A stretch of 63,972 bases of DNA, filler included, from Pseudogymnoascus verrucosus (Eukaryota): NCBI GenBank assembly GCA_001662655.1. It is 5 parts of 5 records of this genome, joined end to end, with 100 filler letters (N's around TTAATTAATTAA, not from the genome) between each part and the next. Parts side by side here need not be neighbours in the genome. Positions count along the whole stretch, not along the records: positions 1 to 16,081 come from KV460300.1; 4 more parts are not named here. One strand, written 5' to 3'. The notes beneath the pieces are model-generated. The model was not told the DNA's origin and searched no databases. It was given only the letters and a program-made list of their open reading frames with translations. Both the position numbers and the translations under genes were made by a program. This document shows, piece by piece, positions 1 to 11,948 of the stretch (position 1 is its first letter; the number at the start of each line of letters is the position of its first letter).

Positions 1-21
1 CCCTAACCCTAACCCTAACCC
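1..21 (-). repeat. Telomeric repeat (CCCTAA)3.5 / (TTAGGG)n
   Basis: Window begins ccctaaccctaaccctaaccc, the canonical filamentous-ascomycete telomere unit in left-end orientation. Confidence 0.85.
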
Positions 22-352
22 TTGTTGCTATACTGCCTAACCTTCTTCTTGCTTTAGCTCTTAAACGTACACTCTTAATATTACAACCTATCTACAACTA
101 GAATAATAGGCTATAGTGCTGAATTCTTGTCTAGCAATAGGACAATAACATAGTTATATACAATTAGGAACTCTTATATATATTCTTTAAACTGCTTTTG
201 TAATTTAATGTTAGTCTTATATTAGTCCTATAAATGTTAGACAGCGGCGCTTAGGGTTACTGTGTATTTGTACTGTAAACAAATTAACACATTAAAATCC
301 ACGTTTAACGCAACTAAATGGCTTAATGCTTTAGGGATAGGTTAGGCTATAG
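21..352 (-). pseudogene. RIP-mutated 5' fragment of a DUF3505 (OrsD-like / telomere-linked RecQ helicase-associated) zinc-binding gene
   Basis: One minus frame reads VLICLQYKYTVTLSAAV*HL*D*YK...LLLDKNSAL*PIILVVDRL*Y*ECTFKS*SKKKVRQYSNK. Reverting C>T/G>A gives VLICxxCKYAVxP...HLxxxH and LP.....QPIIP..DG.QC..C.F.....RQH, the DUF3505 pattern. Confidence 0.6.
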
Positions 353-877
353 TCCTACTACGTTGTGTGTGATTTTTAAATGAATTGGACGTCTGTGTAG
401 GCTGTTTTTGTAGGCTTGGGGTTAACGGAACCACACTGTAATTCTGTTGTGGTCCTGTACAGTCCGCACCTTATTTTCACTATACAAAATAAACGGAATC
501 ACGCCGTAGTTCCAGATAACTACGAGTTAGGTAGCGCGACTTTTTTTTAAAGACATTTAAGTAAAAATTAACACGCTAAGTGTCCCTATATGCCACGTCT
601 TTAGCATCCTTAGATGTTCTAGCTGAATCTAGTGGGTTTGTTATAATATCCTTAAGAGATTATTTGTTCTAGTTGTACAATCGGCATAAAAACAGCCTGC
701 GACGACGTTAGGAGCAGGCAAGTATAACATGGGATATATGCCTGCCTATCGTCGAGTTAGATGAAAGGCGAGGAGCTCGTACGAGCCTTGCTAACTAGAA
801 TATACAAGTCCATAACATCATTCAAAGCTTAAATTCGCTGACACTATCACGCGGTAAACACCCTCCTCAAAGGTAGT

Positions 878-2283
878 TTACATATTTTCCTCCTTCTTAG
901 CTAAATCCCTCATCTGCATGATCGTAGTCGTCACCTCTATTCCAGGACTCTGCTTCCGGTTTCCCCTCTCCATATCCAAGAGCTCATCATCACTGCCCTT
1001 ATCAGCACCATACGCTCTGCCCAAGGGGTATTGGCGGTCGCCTACGGATGACTCCGAGGGCGCGCGAGCATAGCAATCGGCGCGGGAAAGACCGGGCTCG
1101 GTGATCTTAGTGGAGGTGTTGTGAGTTGGGCGAGAGAGACCACGGGAACGGGAGTAGGATTTCAACTGGAGGTTGAAGAGAGAGAACCAGTTTTGGAAAA
1201 GAGGTTTGAGACCTGGTTGGTATGTTAGCTTCGCTCGCTGAATGATATGTAATGAGGCTTACCAGGTATCGAGAGCGCGATGATGGTAGAGCCAACTTCA
1301 GCGCATTCAATAACCAGTTGAGGACCGTAGACCCAGCTAGTGTCGACGAATACACCGTTGCTTTGGATAACGATCCAGAGGCGGAAGATGGAAATAATAA
1401 TGACTCTACATGTTTCATTAGCGTCTCGTCTTTGTGGGAAGGGCGGCAGGTAGCTTACAAGACACCCGGGAGTAGAACTGCCGAGAGTGCGAGCTTCGTT
1501 CTTGTGGTTGCCTTGAGCTTGAGAATGATGATAATAGGAATGACGAAGAGGATCAGATCACTCAGGATGGAAATGCTGGAGTTGGTAGCGTAGAGGATGA
1601 CCCATGGCAGGCACTTGTAATCGTTGACGTTTGATTGAAAGTAGTTGGGCCACAGTGCAGTCACTGGTTTGCAATGGAAGACAATGAGGAAGATCTGAGG
1701 AATATAGCCAGCGACGAGGAACACGGCAGAACATCGGACTGTCCATATCAGACTGCCACTGCGACCGCACAGGCGATGATAGAACGTCAGACCCGACATT
1801 CGACATACGAAGAGGGCCGTTGCATAGACCAAATGAGCCCAAAAGTCCAAGATTTGGGCGAGATCGAGTTGTGAGTTCGTCACGATGTATTGGACGTACT
1901 CGTTATGCCGAGCTGCACCGGTGTTGATGATGCCTATACATAATCCCGAAAAGGTAATGTAGCATAGCTAGTGGGAGTTAGATGTAAATCAATAGTACTC
2001 GAGGTTGAACGATCTAGGAAGATTGACATACTAGCGAGAGACCGGCCAGCCAGTCATCAAGCGCGAAGCTTTTGATCACGAATAACCGTCCGTATGCACG
2101 CAGTAGATATATCAGACCGGCGAACACCACCAGAAAGATGATCCCTCCATTTGTGACATGATTCTGCGACTCTGCAAGGTATTCCGGTGTTACATAGTCT
2201 GGAATTCCAGTGGCATTGGTCTTAAAAGCCTCCACGATCTCCCAAGGGATGTCTGAACCTGAACGTCTCACCAGAATATCCAT
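878..2283 (-). CDS. Fungal rhodopsin-domain (PTH11-like, no CFEM) integral membrane protein, 4 exons
   Basis: Exons 2283-2032, 1967-1459, 1405-~1264 and ~1213-878 splice in frame at GT..CTAA(C/T)..AG introns. Motifs LRAYGRLF..FALDDW, FYHRL, FHCKP..ALW, ISILSDLILFVIPI, SIFRL. Confidence 0.88.
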
Positions 2284-3480
2284 CTGGAACTTCTAGGGTT
2301 ATCGTGGGAAGTCAGATTTCGATACACGTGGGCGACCAGTGTGAGAGGAATGAAGGAGGTGAAGAGGAAGGAGTGGTTGGCAATAATATAAGGGTACCCA
2401 TAATATAATCCCGACGAATGCTTGGTCAACATTAAGCTTCGTTCAAAGGAAGATCCATCTATCAACCGACTCCTAGGTTGTGTTTCTGATCCTCAGGGGC
2501 TAGGTAGCGGCATTAATGTGATACGCAGGGGAATGAATTCTCACGCCATACAGCGAACAAGGAGCCATCTAACAAGTAAATGGGGGTAGTACGCAGACAT
2601 ACGCTTTGTCCCCGTCCGAATACTACCTAGATCCGGCCCTGGACTCGATCCGGCCTATCTCCTATTCCTCCACGGACCTAGGCTTCTGGAACACCTGATG
2701 TTTAACATCTTATGTTGATAACTAGGTCATCCCGACTCAAAATTGTCCGAGTTGATTGACAGTAATTCTCATGTACCTGCATTAATCGCCTGCTATATCA
2801 CGGGCAAGATCCCTTCCCCTTTTTCTCGAGAAAAATCACAAGTAGTAGGTAAGCATCTAGGTACCTGCCCTTTTCGTTAACCCGCAATTTCCAATATAGA
2901 AGTATTGTTCGCTAACTAGAGTCTGTGTGGGGAGGATTTTATCGTACTGGCACCTTTAGTTCCAATATTTCCCAATTTTCTTCCGTGCCTTCCACGTTCC
3001 CTCAGTGGAGCTGTCCGGAAGGTACGGAGGGGGATAACGAGGGTTCTTATCGAGTCTTGGGCATTTGCTTTGTTTATACGAGGAGATTACTACCTCGCCT
3101 TATTAATACCATAGGCATATCATAGCTGCCGCCCCTTCCTGCATTGCAGTAATCTCCCGCCCGGGCGAACTAACCGGCTGTGGTAACACCTGCCTAAGGC
3201 GGCCGTAGCCGCCGTGGCGAGCTCCACCACTCGATAGTGGATTCCAAAGGCGGAGAAAGGACTGAAGCAAGGGTCATGGTTTGGTTACTATGAAGTAATA
3301 GCTCCCTAGACAACCCAATTCGGTACTTCATGTTGTTGTTTTTAAGTCTGGTGATGCCCATATTTTCTAGCTGATCTAGATTCTCACGAGGTTGACGGGG
3401 TGGTATATCATAAGACTGAAGCTCACGTCGGGACGATAGCATTTTCCAGCTGTTTTGGTTTTTGTTGTTTACTTTACAAA

Positions 3481-4783
3481 ATGCATTTCCTCGGCGCGGC
3501 TGTGAGCGCGGTTCTTGCCGTTCGTGGAGTCGTTGCTCTGGCAGTGGCCAATACTACTGCAACCAACAGTGCCATCGCAGACGACACGACTGCTAATACC
3601 AGTTCTGATGGCTTGGTGGCTTCCTCAACAGCTTCGTATGGTATCAAACCAAAGGTCGTGATAATCAGCCATGTAAGTAAAACCTTGTGTGCTTGGCAAT
3701 TAGCTTGCTGACAGACCCTCAGTTTGGGCTGGAGGCATCCGTTTGGTATGGCATCAAAGACTTCGATGTCCTTGCGCGCAACATAACAGTGCCTGGATTT
3801 TCACCGAGATACCCTCAGGCGCATTGCACTCTGAATGGCGAAATTTGCCAAGTTACAACGGGTGAAGCGGGTACGATTCGAAAGGTGCCTCGGCTCATTC
3901 GCTTTGCTTACTCTTTTTAGAGATCAACGCTGCTTCAACGATATCGGCTCTTGCCCTCAGTCCCTTGTTCGACCTGACCACCTCATACTTCCTCGTCGCT
4001 GGTATTGCCGGTATAAACCCCCAACGAGGCTCCACCGGCTCCGTAGGATTTGCGCGCTTTGCCGTCCAAGTTGCCCAACAATACGAATTCGACATCCGCG
4101 ATCTAGGAGATAACTTCACCACCGGCTACATTCCGTACGGAACGCAAGTCCCAGCTCCCGCACAATACCCCACCAATGTATACGGCACCGAAGTCTTCGA
4201 AGTCAATGCTTCCCTTCAAAAACTAGCCATTGCATTGGCATCCAAAGCTAAACTCTCTGACGACCCAGCCGCTGCAGCGTATCGTCAGAAATATCAATTC
4301 GCCGCTGCCAAGAAGGCTCCTTCAGTTCTCGCATGCGATGTCAGCACATCTGACAACTACTTCCATGGCAAGATCCTCGGAGATGCGGCGGCGAACTTCA
4401 CTACCTTGATGACTGATGGCAAAGGCGTATACTGCACCACAGCTCAAGAAGACAACGCCACCCTCGGTGCTCTCCTCCGCGCCGCCAAGGCAAAGAAAGT
4501 CGATTTCAAGCGCGCGATCGTTATGCGGACAGGTGCTGCGTTCGACCGGCCGCCACCAGGAGAAAGTGCATTCCAGCATCTATTCTACACGGACGTAGAC
4601 GGGTTCGGACCCAGCGTGGACAACATCTACCTCGCTGGGATCCAGGTCGTCAAGGGAATCTTGCGCGACTGGGCACCGACGTACAAGGCTGGAGTCCAGC
4701 CGACGAACTATGTCGGAGATATCTTTGGAAGTCTAGGCGGCGTGCCAGATTTTGGACCCTATCCTAACTTTGGAGAGGCATGA
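3481..4783 (+). CDS. Purine nucleoside permease (NUP family), signal peptide, 3 exons
   Basis: Exons 3481-3672, 3723-3870 and 3921-4783 join in frame. Motifs PKVVIIS, VPGFSP, TTGEAEINAA, FDLTTSYFLVAGIAGINP, YCTTAQEDNA, FDRPPPG. Confidence 0.9.
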
Positions 4784-4899
4784 GGAGCTGCATAGAGGGC
4801 ATGAAGAACTTGATGCATGAACCGCATATACTAGATATACACAGTATACATTAATAGTAATACATAGTAGCTACATTTGGCAGCAGCTAAAACCCGTCG

Positions 4900-6200
4900 T
4901 GCAAATTTCTGAGTTAAGTGAAGACGGGCCCCATCTGCTATCACTTATGCCCTAAGGCGTCAATATATGCCAGTTCAGCGCTAGCTGTTATATTCTAACC
5001 TCTACTACCCAACTCCATACTAAGCTCTACCTGAACCTAGACAGCCCTCTACCTTTTAGTCTAAAGTTAAGGAAATTTTCGGCTATTACATTTACTGCGA
5101 GAGCCTCGAGGGACCAATTCGGGCCTTACTTTGAGTTGTTAGCCTCGCCTGTTGCAAGCACGTTACTAGTCTCCATCGCTACATAAAGATCACGATCGTA
5201 GATGCGTACCTCGAACTCACAGCAAGGTTAAGTGTAGAAATTTTACAAGAGACGCTTCTGGTCTTGAGAATAAAGTCTTGAGAGAAATTTCTTGAGAGAT
5301 CATGAGTCATGTGAAAAATCGATTAAGAGAGCACGGTTCTCAAGATATTTCTCGTAAGAGCCACGCTCTCCTAAGAGATATAATATCTCAAAAATCTTAT
5401 CTTAAGACCTGTGATTTCTTCAGAGATTTCTCTTAAGACTTTTCTCTTCAGATTTTATAGCTCTTATGAGAATACGGCTCTTAAGACAATTATCTTGCGA
5501 CTATCATCCAGTCTATGGTACGATATTAAGGAGGGCCGCTACAGCAACGAGCTAAGCACGTCGATAGAGCCAGCACCCCACTCCCCGGCCCCGCTTCTCG
5601 ATGGCAATGATGGATAGACAGATGACAGTATGGCTAAATTGGAGAAAGTCATAGAGCTAGCTTTAGTAAAGCAAGTGAATTCATCGTCGGCCAGTACACC
5701 AAGCTTTCCACGCCCACACGCGGTCGACGCATCGTAGGAAAATATCGAGACTCGACAACGCAGCGAAACCAGTGGTAGCAGAATAGAAGGGCTACGAGAC
5801 GCTTCTTGATATGGCAATCCAGCGCCAAGCGTCTAGGAGTAGAAGCAACTGGACACTTAAGTGGTAGAGTAAACACAAGCGGGGCGGGAACTACAGAAGG
5901 AAGGGTTAGTAGGAGAAGGGGGGTAAGTGGAGATGCGGCAGCAGGAAGATATTTAAGGTGAGTTACTACTTAAAGAGACTTATAGCTCGAAAGAACTTAT
6001 AGGATATAGAATAGAAGATAATTACCCTCTATATACTACTATACTTATTATACATTCTTTAGCTACTTAATGTTAGCTACTTTATACTACTAAAGCTTTT
6101 ATATAGACGTTAGATTAAAACCTTTATATAGAATAAACATTATATAATATACACAGCCATATACACAACCTATCTACTCATTCTCTATCGTTTTAGATAT
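4900..6200. repeat. RIP-degraded repeat remnants, including a cluster of short TCTTGAGA/TCTCAAGA motifs (5235-5500)
   Basis: TpA-rich, no long ORF. The repeated short motifs in both orientations resemble transposon subterminal repeats; family not identifiable. Confidence 0.4.
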
Positions 6201-7590
6201 AACAATCGTAGGCGAACTCGGGCTGTTAGGTTAAAGAGGTTTTTAATCTCAAGAGTACTAGTCCATTCATGAAGGAAACGCTTGATGGACTTATCAAATG
6301 GAAATTTGACCACGAAGGCAGGGTTAGAGATGATGCCAAAGACTGACTTCGCGCGCAAAAGGAAGACAATGGTATTCCGTAAGCAGCAGCACAACCCTGG
6401 TGGGTTAATTTATTCCCCATTCCCTAGCCTTGTATACGTACGTGTTTTTTTTATGCCTATAGTTAGGAATGGTATAAATGGCGCGGGATACGTGAATGTC
6501 GTAAGCTGTAAAAGTGTCGTGGATGGATAGGCGAGGCCGCCGAAGCCGAGATGGAAACGACGCTCGGAAAGAGCTAGGCAAAAGTTAGGCCAATACTCGG
6601 AAAGGGCTCGAGCAGGAGTCAGGCCAATAACACACCTCACTTTCCAGTCCATACTTACAATATATGGCTCGGGTGCGCGGGTGGCATCCGGTACATGCAT
6701 TCCTCTTCCGAAGCGGAAGTTAAAAAAATGACTCCGAGAAGAGCTTAGCCAACGACACACCACTTCTTTCCGGCCCTTTCGGCGACAAATCAAATCACCA
6801 TGCGCAAATGAATGTTTCAGGCGGTACTTCATCGAGATGAGCGACAGCCCTACTATGGAATGGGTGAGGCTGGGCGGCCGGCATCGTAATCCTGCCTCCG
6901 CGGTGGAGATGCGCGCATCGAATCTGCGAGAATCACACGATGTGGTCTCCCCTTGCATCATCAAATTTGCTAGGGTTACGAGTTGTGGTCTGTTCTTGTA
7001 CGAGCCTGGCGCCATCGCCCTTCCCCTGGCCCGTCTCTCCAAGTCGTGTAGGGCTGGGCGGAAGAAAACTCTTCTCCACACCCCTGTATGAAATTCGCGG
7101 CATTCTTGAATCTCTGCCAGTCTCTCCATATTGTGTAGGAGGAAGATTGTGGCGTAGGGAGTGGCGTTCCCGTCGGTGAAGGAAGCCCATCCATTCGACA
7201 GAATGTCACTTCCACACCGTCGATCTTGATGTGTTATGACACAACCTCTCGTTAGAGCAGACTGGTCATTTTTTCATTTCGCGTTGTGGCTGCGTGTACC
7301 GTTGTCACAGGGGAGAAACGGGCAGCACGTGCGCCCCCCCCCTGATACACGATACTGACACACGCACAGAATAGGGGCTCCTCTTTTCTGACGCCTGACT
7401 GCGTGGGCAGCGCGTCGGCTTTTGCAAAGGTCATGACTTGTTGCCTGCATATGCAGTTGGATAATTTTACCAGGGCCACGGTGCAGGGAATAAGGAAGCG
7501 CTCGGTGAGTCGAAGGCAGGTCTGTTGCTCAGCCCTGGATCTACGCCGCTCCTGAGATTACTTGCAGTAAGCTATGTGTCAGGCGTCGGA

Positions 7591-10030
7591 GAGTTTAAGG
7601 GTCGAGATCAAGGTCCCTGCGTCCTATTTGTGGGCAGCGCGGCCAAAAGGATTTGACGGCGCGGCTACAGCTCACACTCCGGTCTGTGTGCTGTCGTTGT
7701 TGGATTTTTTTTCTCTCTAGGAGGACTGTAATCTCTCCACGCCACCTACGTTGGCGTAGCCACCTAGGATAACCCCCGCCCCCTTTTTTTGAAATTACTT
7801 GCTTTGCATGTGTCGTGGGCGAAGAATCGTGGTCGTGTGTTATGTAGCGCATAAGCAACCGCCACAACACGCGGCTGATAATCGCTCCCGCGAGTTAAAG
7901 TGAAGGGCGCTGCGCCTACCCAGCGATCCGGTATTTCTCCTGCTTGGAAGCGTGGGGGTGCGTGAGATGTTCGTGGGATGTTCGAGCCAATCTCGCCAAC
8001 CACAATACAAATTAATTTCACATACTGTACTTAGAGCGTTGTCACTTACGAGGCTCCACACACGCCGAAATCCAAGGGGCTACCACGGAACCCGCTCTTA
8101 GTGCGATCTGATCTATCGTACAGTATTTCCCCAGACATCGTTGCACCAAGGCGCTAGTCCCAATCCATTTCTTTATCACTTCCAAGCGACATCAGCTCAA
8201 TCACCCTCGACCACTTTTTGTCACACTGGCGGCCAACCTCCGGCCACCACCACCACGGAGATGAGGATACGGTTTCTGGATCTCTTACCGCGAGTACTGT
8301 GGGGCTATTAGTGCGGTATTCACCAATAATAGTGGCACAAAGACGCACAAAGCCAGTTTTAGGGTGACCAAAAAGGTTCGCGAAAAGCCACTGGGCCCCA
8401 ATACGCACGGCCGCCCCTCTCTAGGCTGCCGTTGGCTCGGAACCGGGGTACTGCCAGTGAAGCCATTGAGGGCACTGCCAGCGTTGCGGCCGGTATTCTG
8501 CAGCGTTCCCGGTGGCGTTGTGGTACTTCTCAGGCGCCATCGTCGCATCTAGTCCCACGACAGATACCGGATCATTGGAATTGCGAGACATACATCTAGA
8601 GGTTTGATGAGCCCTATAGTTCTCTGCGAGAATGGCTTCCATGGGAAAATGTGTGGGGAGCGATGGTCACAGGGCTGTCTCGTGCCATTTCGGTGTTACG
8701 ATCACATCATTTACTAGTATCCACGATACATCACACTCTTTGCTGTACTACTATGTTCCATCACAGTAGCAATTTAATTTCTAGGCTATCTAATCTCTAT
8801 CTATCCAAGCTACACAAACTTCCCCACTGAAAATATTAGAGATGCTGCTGGCGTTGTGTTTGCCCTATCTATATTCATACTGGACTTGGCTCGACGGTCT
8901 CTTACCTCACACATACTCTTGAGAATAGAAGGGGTATAAAGGCGAATTCGCGCTGCTAAGCAGCGTTATGTAGAATTGAATTTATATCAGCACTGTTGTG
9001 CTGCTGTTCCACGATAGTTTGGCGCCGTCAACAAGTTGATTGTTAAGTGTGTTGTTGTCTGCGTATCTAGTGTGCTTTTTGTCAGTCAGCAGCGGTTTTG
9101 AAGTGACTATGCCGTCTACTGACCTTCTCTGTGTCGTTGGGGACGTCATTTCTTATCCTTAGGCAGTTTCCTTGCCCTGGCTGACGGGCTGAAGGTTCAG
9201 CGGTTGGTTCGGCGAAGAAAGCCAGCCTTCTACCTTGGCTTCCCCCATTTCCAACTTCTCAGCCCTCGTCGTCGTCCTGTTAACGGCTATGATGCCAATG
9301 GGCGTCTGGCCCTGAGGTGGTCCAACACTAACCAGGTAAACGTTAGCTATCGTGAACTTGATGCCGTTGGGATAGGGCGCTTCGGAAGGATGGGATAAAT
9401 GAGCAGGATTGTAAGTTACCTAATGTATTGGCTCTCCCTGCCGCATACAGCACCCGTTGTCGAAGTGGAAGACATTTTAGCTTGCGGAAAGCGAAACTTG
9501 ATAGGGTGGGAGTGTATAGAAACGTTGAAGTCTTCTGCTGGATAGAGTTTAAGTTGATAGGGTCCATCATTAAAGGGAGGGGGAAATGGGGGGCTTTATA
9601 CTGTTCCATGTTCGTCTGCTTGACGACCCCTCTCTGCTTCGCGTCGACTTGTCGAAGTATCATACATACAGGAGACGCATCGCTCGTGCCGCCACCATCG
9701 CAGCCATCAAGCCAATAAAATCAAGGTATATTAGCGGTATAGTGTGTTGGCTGACTTTTTGATTGTTGTTTTTGGAGAACGAGAAGTCCTAATGTGATCA
9801 TCGGATGAACGAGTGAAGCGAACGTATCGACCGGACTCCGCCTTCGCGACCCAGACGCCACGGCAGCATCGGGAATTGTGGAGCTACACGAAGTCGGTAT
9901 ATCTCAGATGAGTAACTCGAGGAGGTGACAACAGCTATACCGCCTTTTCGAATCCTAACGCCGGTGGTATTTCCCTCTCGCGGGATCGTACGTTTTCTGC
10001 CGCGTTTCGTGAATATTGACATTGCTGAGC
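7591..10030 (-). pseudogene. Copy 1 of a diverged ~2.4-kb duplicated segment; degenerate unknown gene
   Basis: Collinear similarity to 11949-14335 (gagtttaagggtcgaga, gccacctacg, aaatattagagatg, ttccacgatagtt, atgagtaa.tcgagg). Minus frame NDPVSVVGLDATMA matches NDPVCVVGRDTKMA, with frameshifts and stops. Confidence 0.55.
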
Positions 10031-11948
10031 GAAGTAATAGGAGTCCTTATGTGCTCTGCGTCGTCCGGCACTTGCATCTGGATATGGCTGCATGTAATGA
10101 TGCGAGCTGATTCCTTGGCCTGTGGCGGTTGCATCAGGGTTCGTTATTACCCCTCATATCCTCACATTCAATGTCCAGTCGGAAAATTGGCGGCAAGTCC
10201 ACTTGCGCGGGCCCATGGGTGAGAAGACAAGGCGGACGATGTCTCACTCGATCAACATGGGAGAGAGGAAGCGCGACATGATTGGCAGCGTATGCCAATC
10301 CATGTCGCGCTCTTTCGTGTTTTGCCCCCAACGATGGCGTCGCGGGTTGAACATGCAGAAGTTTAGGAGGCCTGGAGCTCCTGAAGGAAAGGGAGGAGGG
10401 GAGACTAACAACTACCCTGGTCCGGGGAGCACGCACCAGAGTCCGGGATGATATGATTTGTTATTAATACTATTGATCCAGGGGATACGTCAGGGCCACG
10501 AGCCTTACCCGTTGCGCAGCTATCAAAGGGCGTGAGATTGAAGATCCCGATCGCGTCAGGGCGAATCCCCCACTTGTCCGTCTTCATTTCCGCTCAATAT
10601 TCCACTATACATGACAACAAATGCATAGAGATTGACAGTGCAGCAGCAGTCACGTAGTTCAGTTTGCCTGCGGCGTATACTTGTGTATCCAATTTCCGAG
10701 GCGAGTCGGTTGGCAGCGCCAGAGGGTGGGAACGGCGCGGCTGGGGTTCTGTATATTGCATATTTTACGAGAAGCCGCATGGAATTATGCAGTATAAAAT
10801 ACGGAATATTACGAAAAGATGCGCGACGGGGTTAATTAGCCCTATAGCCACAGGCCTTGATATATTTCTGTGCCTTTCGCTGACTTTCTGGGCACGGACG
10901 CCAGAGGACCACCGGTGAAGAGAGTGTTCCAAACGCTGGCACCTCTCTCCAGATACCTAGAGCCATTGTTTCTAGGAGGTAATAATAATTTGCGATGCTT
11001 ATTTACAATGCATATTCCTTTGAAAAAAAAATGGAAGGGAATTTGACCGTGGCTAAGTGGACCACCGACCGCGCCACCCACACGACCGGTCAAGGGCCGC
11101 AGAGCTCGAGGCCACCGCGACCAGAAAACAGCCATTAAAGTCCTCAGTTTGTTCTTGGCCCATATAATGGTGAGTCCAGGGAAGTTCACGCAGAAGATGT
11201 CACGCCGCCCTATACACTAGTAACCCGCCTCGTCATTGACTCATGATGCTGTTAGGTCACATTGTGACGGCTCGTCGCGTCGTTGCAGTAGCCTCGCGCT
11301 CCTCAGCTTGCCTGTATTAAAGCAAGCTCTTACCCTCGAAGCTGGGAAAGCATTCTATCTATACTCCGCCAATGCCCACTTTGAAAATCGGAGATGGCTA
11401 TCTTTTCTGACCGAACCGATGTCCCTCCGATGACCAGGCGAGCAGTTGGTGCTAGGGCCTGCGCTTCTTCTCAATGCGACGCTCCAACCCGCTCCTCTTA
11501 CAGCCATAACCCGCTCCTATTACAAGCCATACTATCTTCCACTGTAAGGACATTGCGAGAATAAACCGAGTCTGGAGCGAGAAGGGGAGAAAAGAGGCTA
11601 ATCAGCAATACAGTTCCAATGGATAAGTGATAACCATCCACTAATATCACCGAACCGATCTTCTCCCCAGCCGCCAGCCCCCCTGTATATAATTGGTCTG
11701 CTAACGAACCTCTAGCCAGCATGCGATATGTTGCCAGCAGAGGAGATGGAAAGAGCAATTATATAGTGCAGGACGCATTTCCCGCGCTTTGCCTATTCGG
11801 GGTGGACCTCGAGGACCACCCCAAAGAGGCAGGGCAGTGGTATTAAATACCCTAGGGTTATAATATATAGTCTCTACTTGAAAGAGCCGTACAACGTCCA
11901 TATAACCTGTAATGTTAGCCCCTCTAAACCGCGCAGGAAGGTGTTGTT

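Noticed and set aside
6410..7129. 239-aa minus-strand ORF
   Set aside because: No recognisable motif and an atypical Arg-rich composition; overlapping ORFs in other frames are equally unconvincing.
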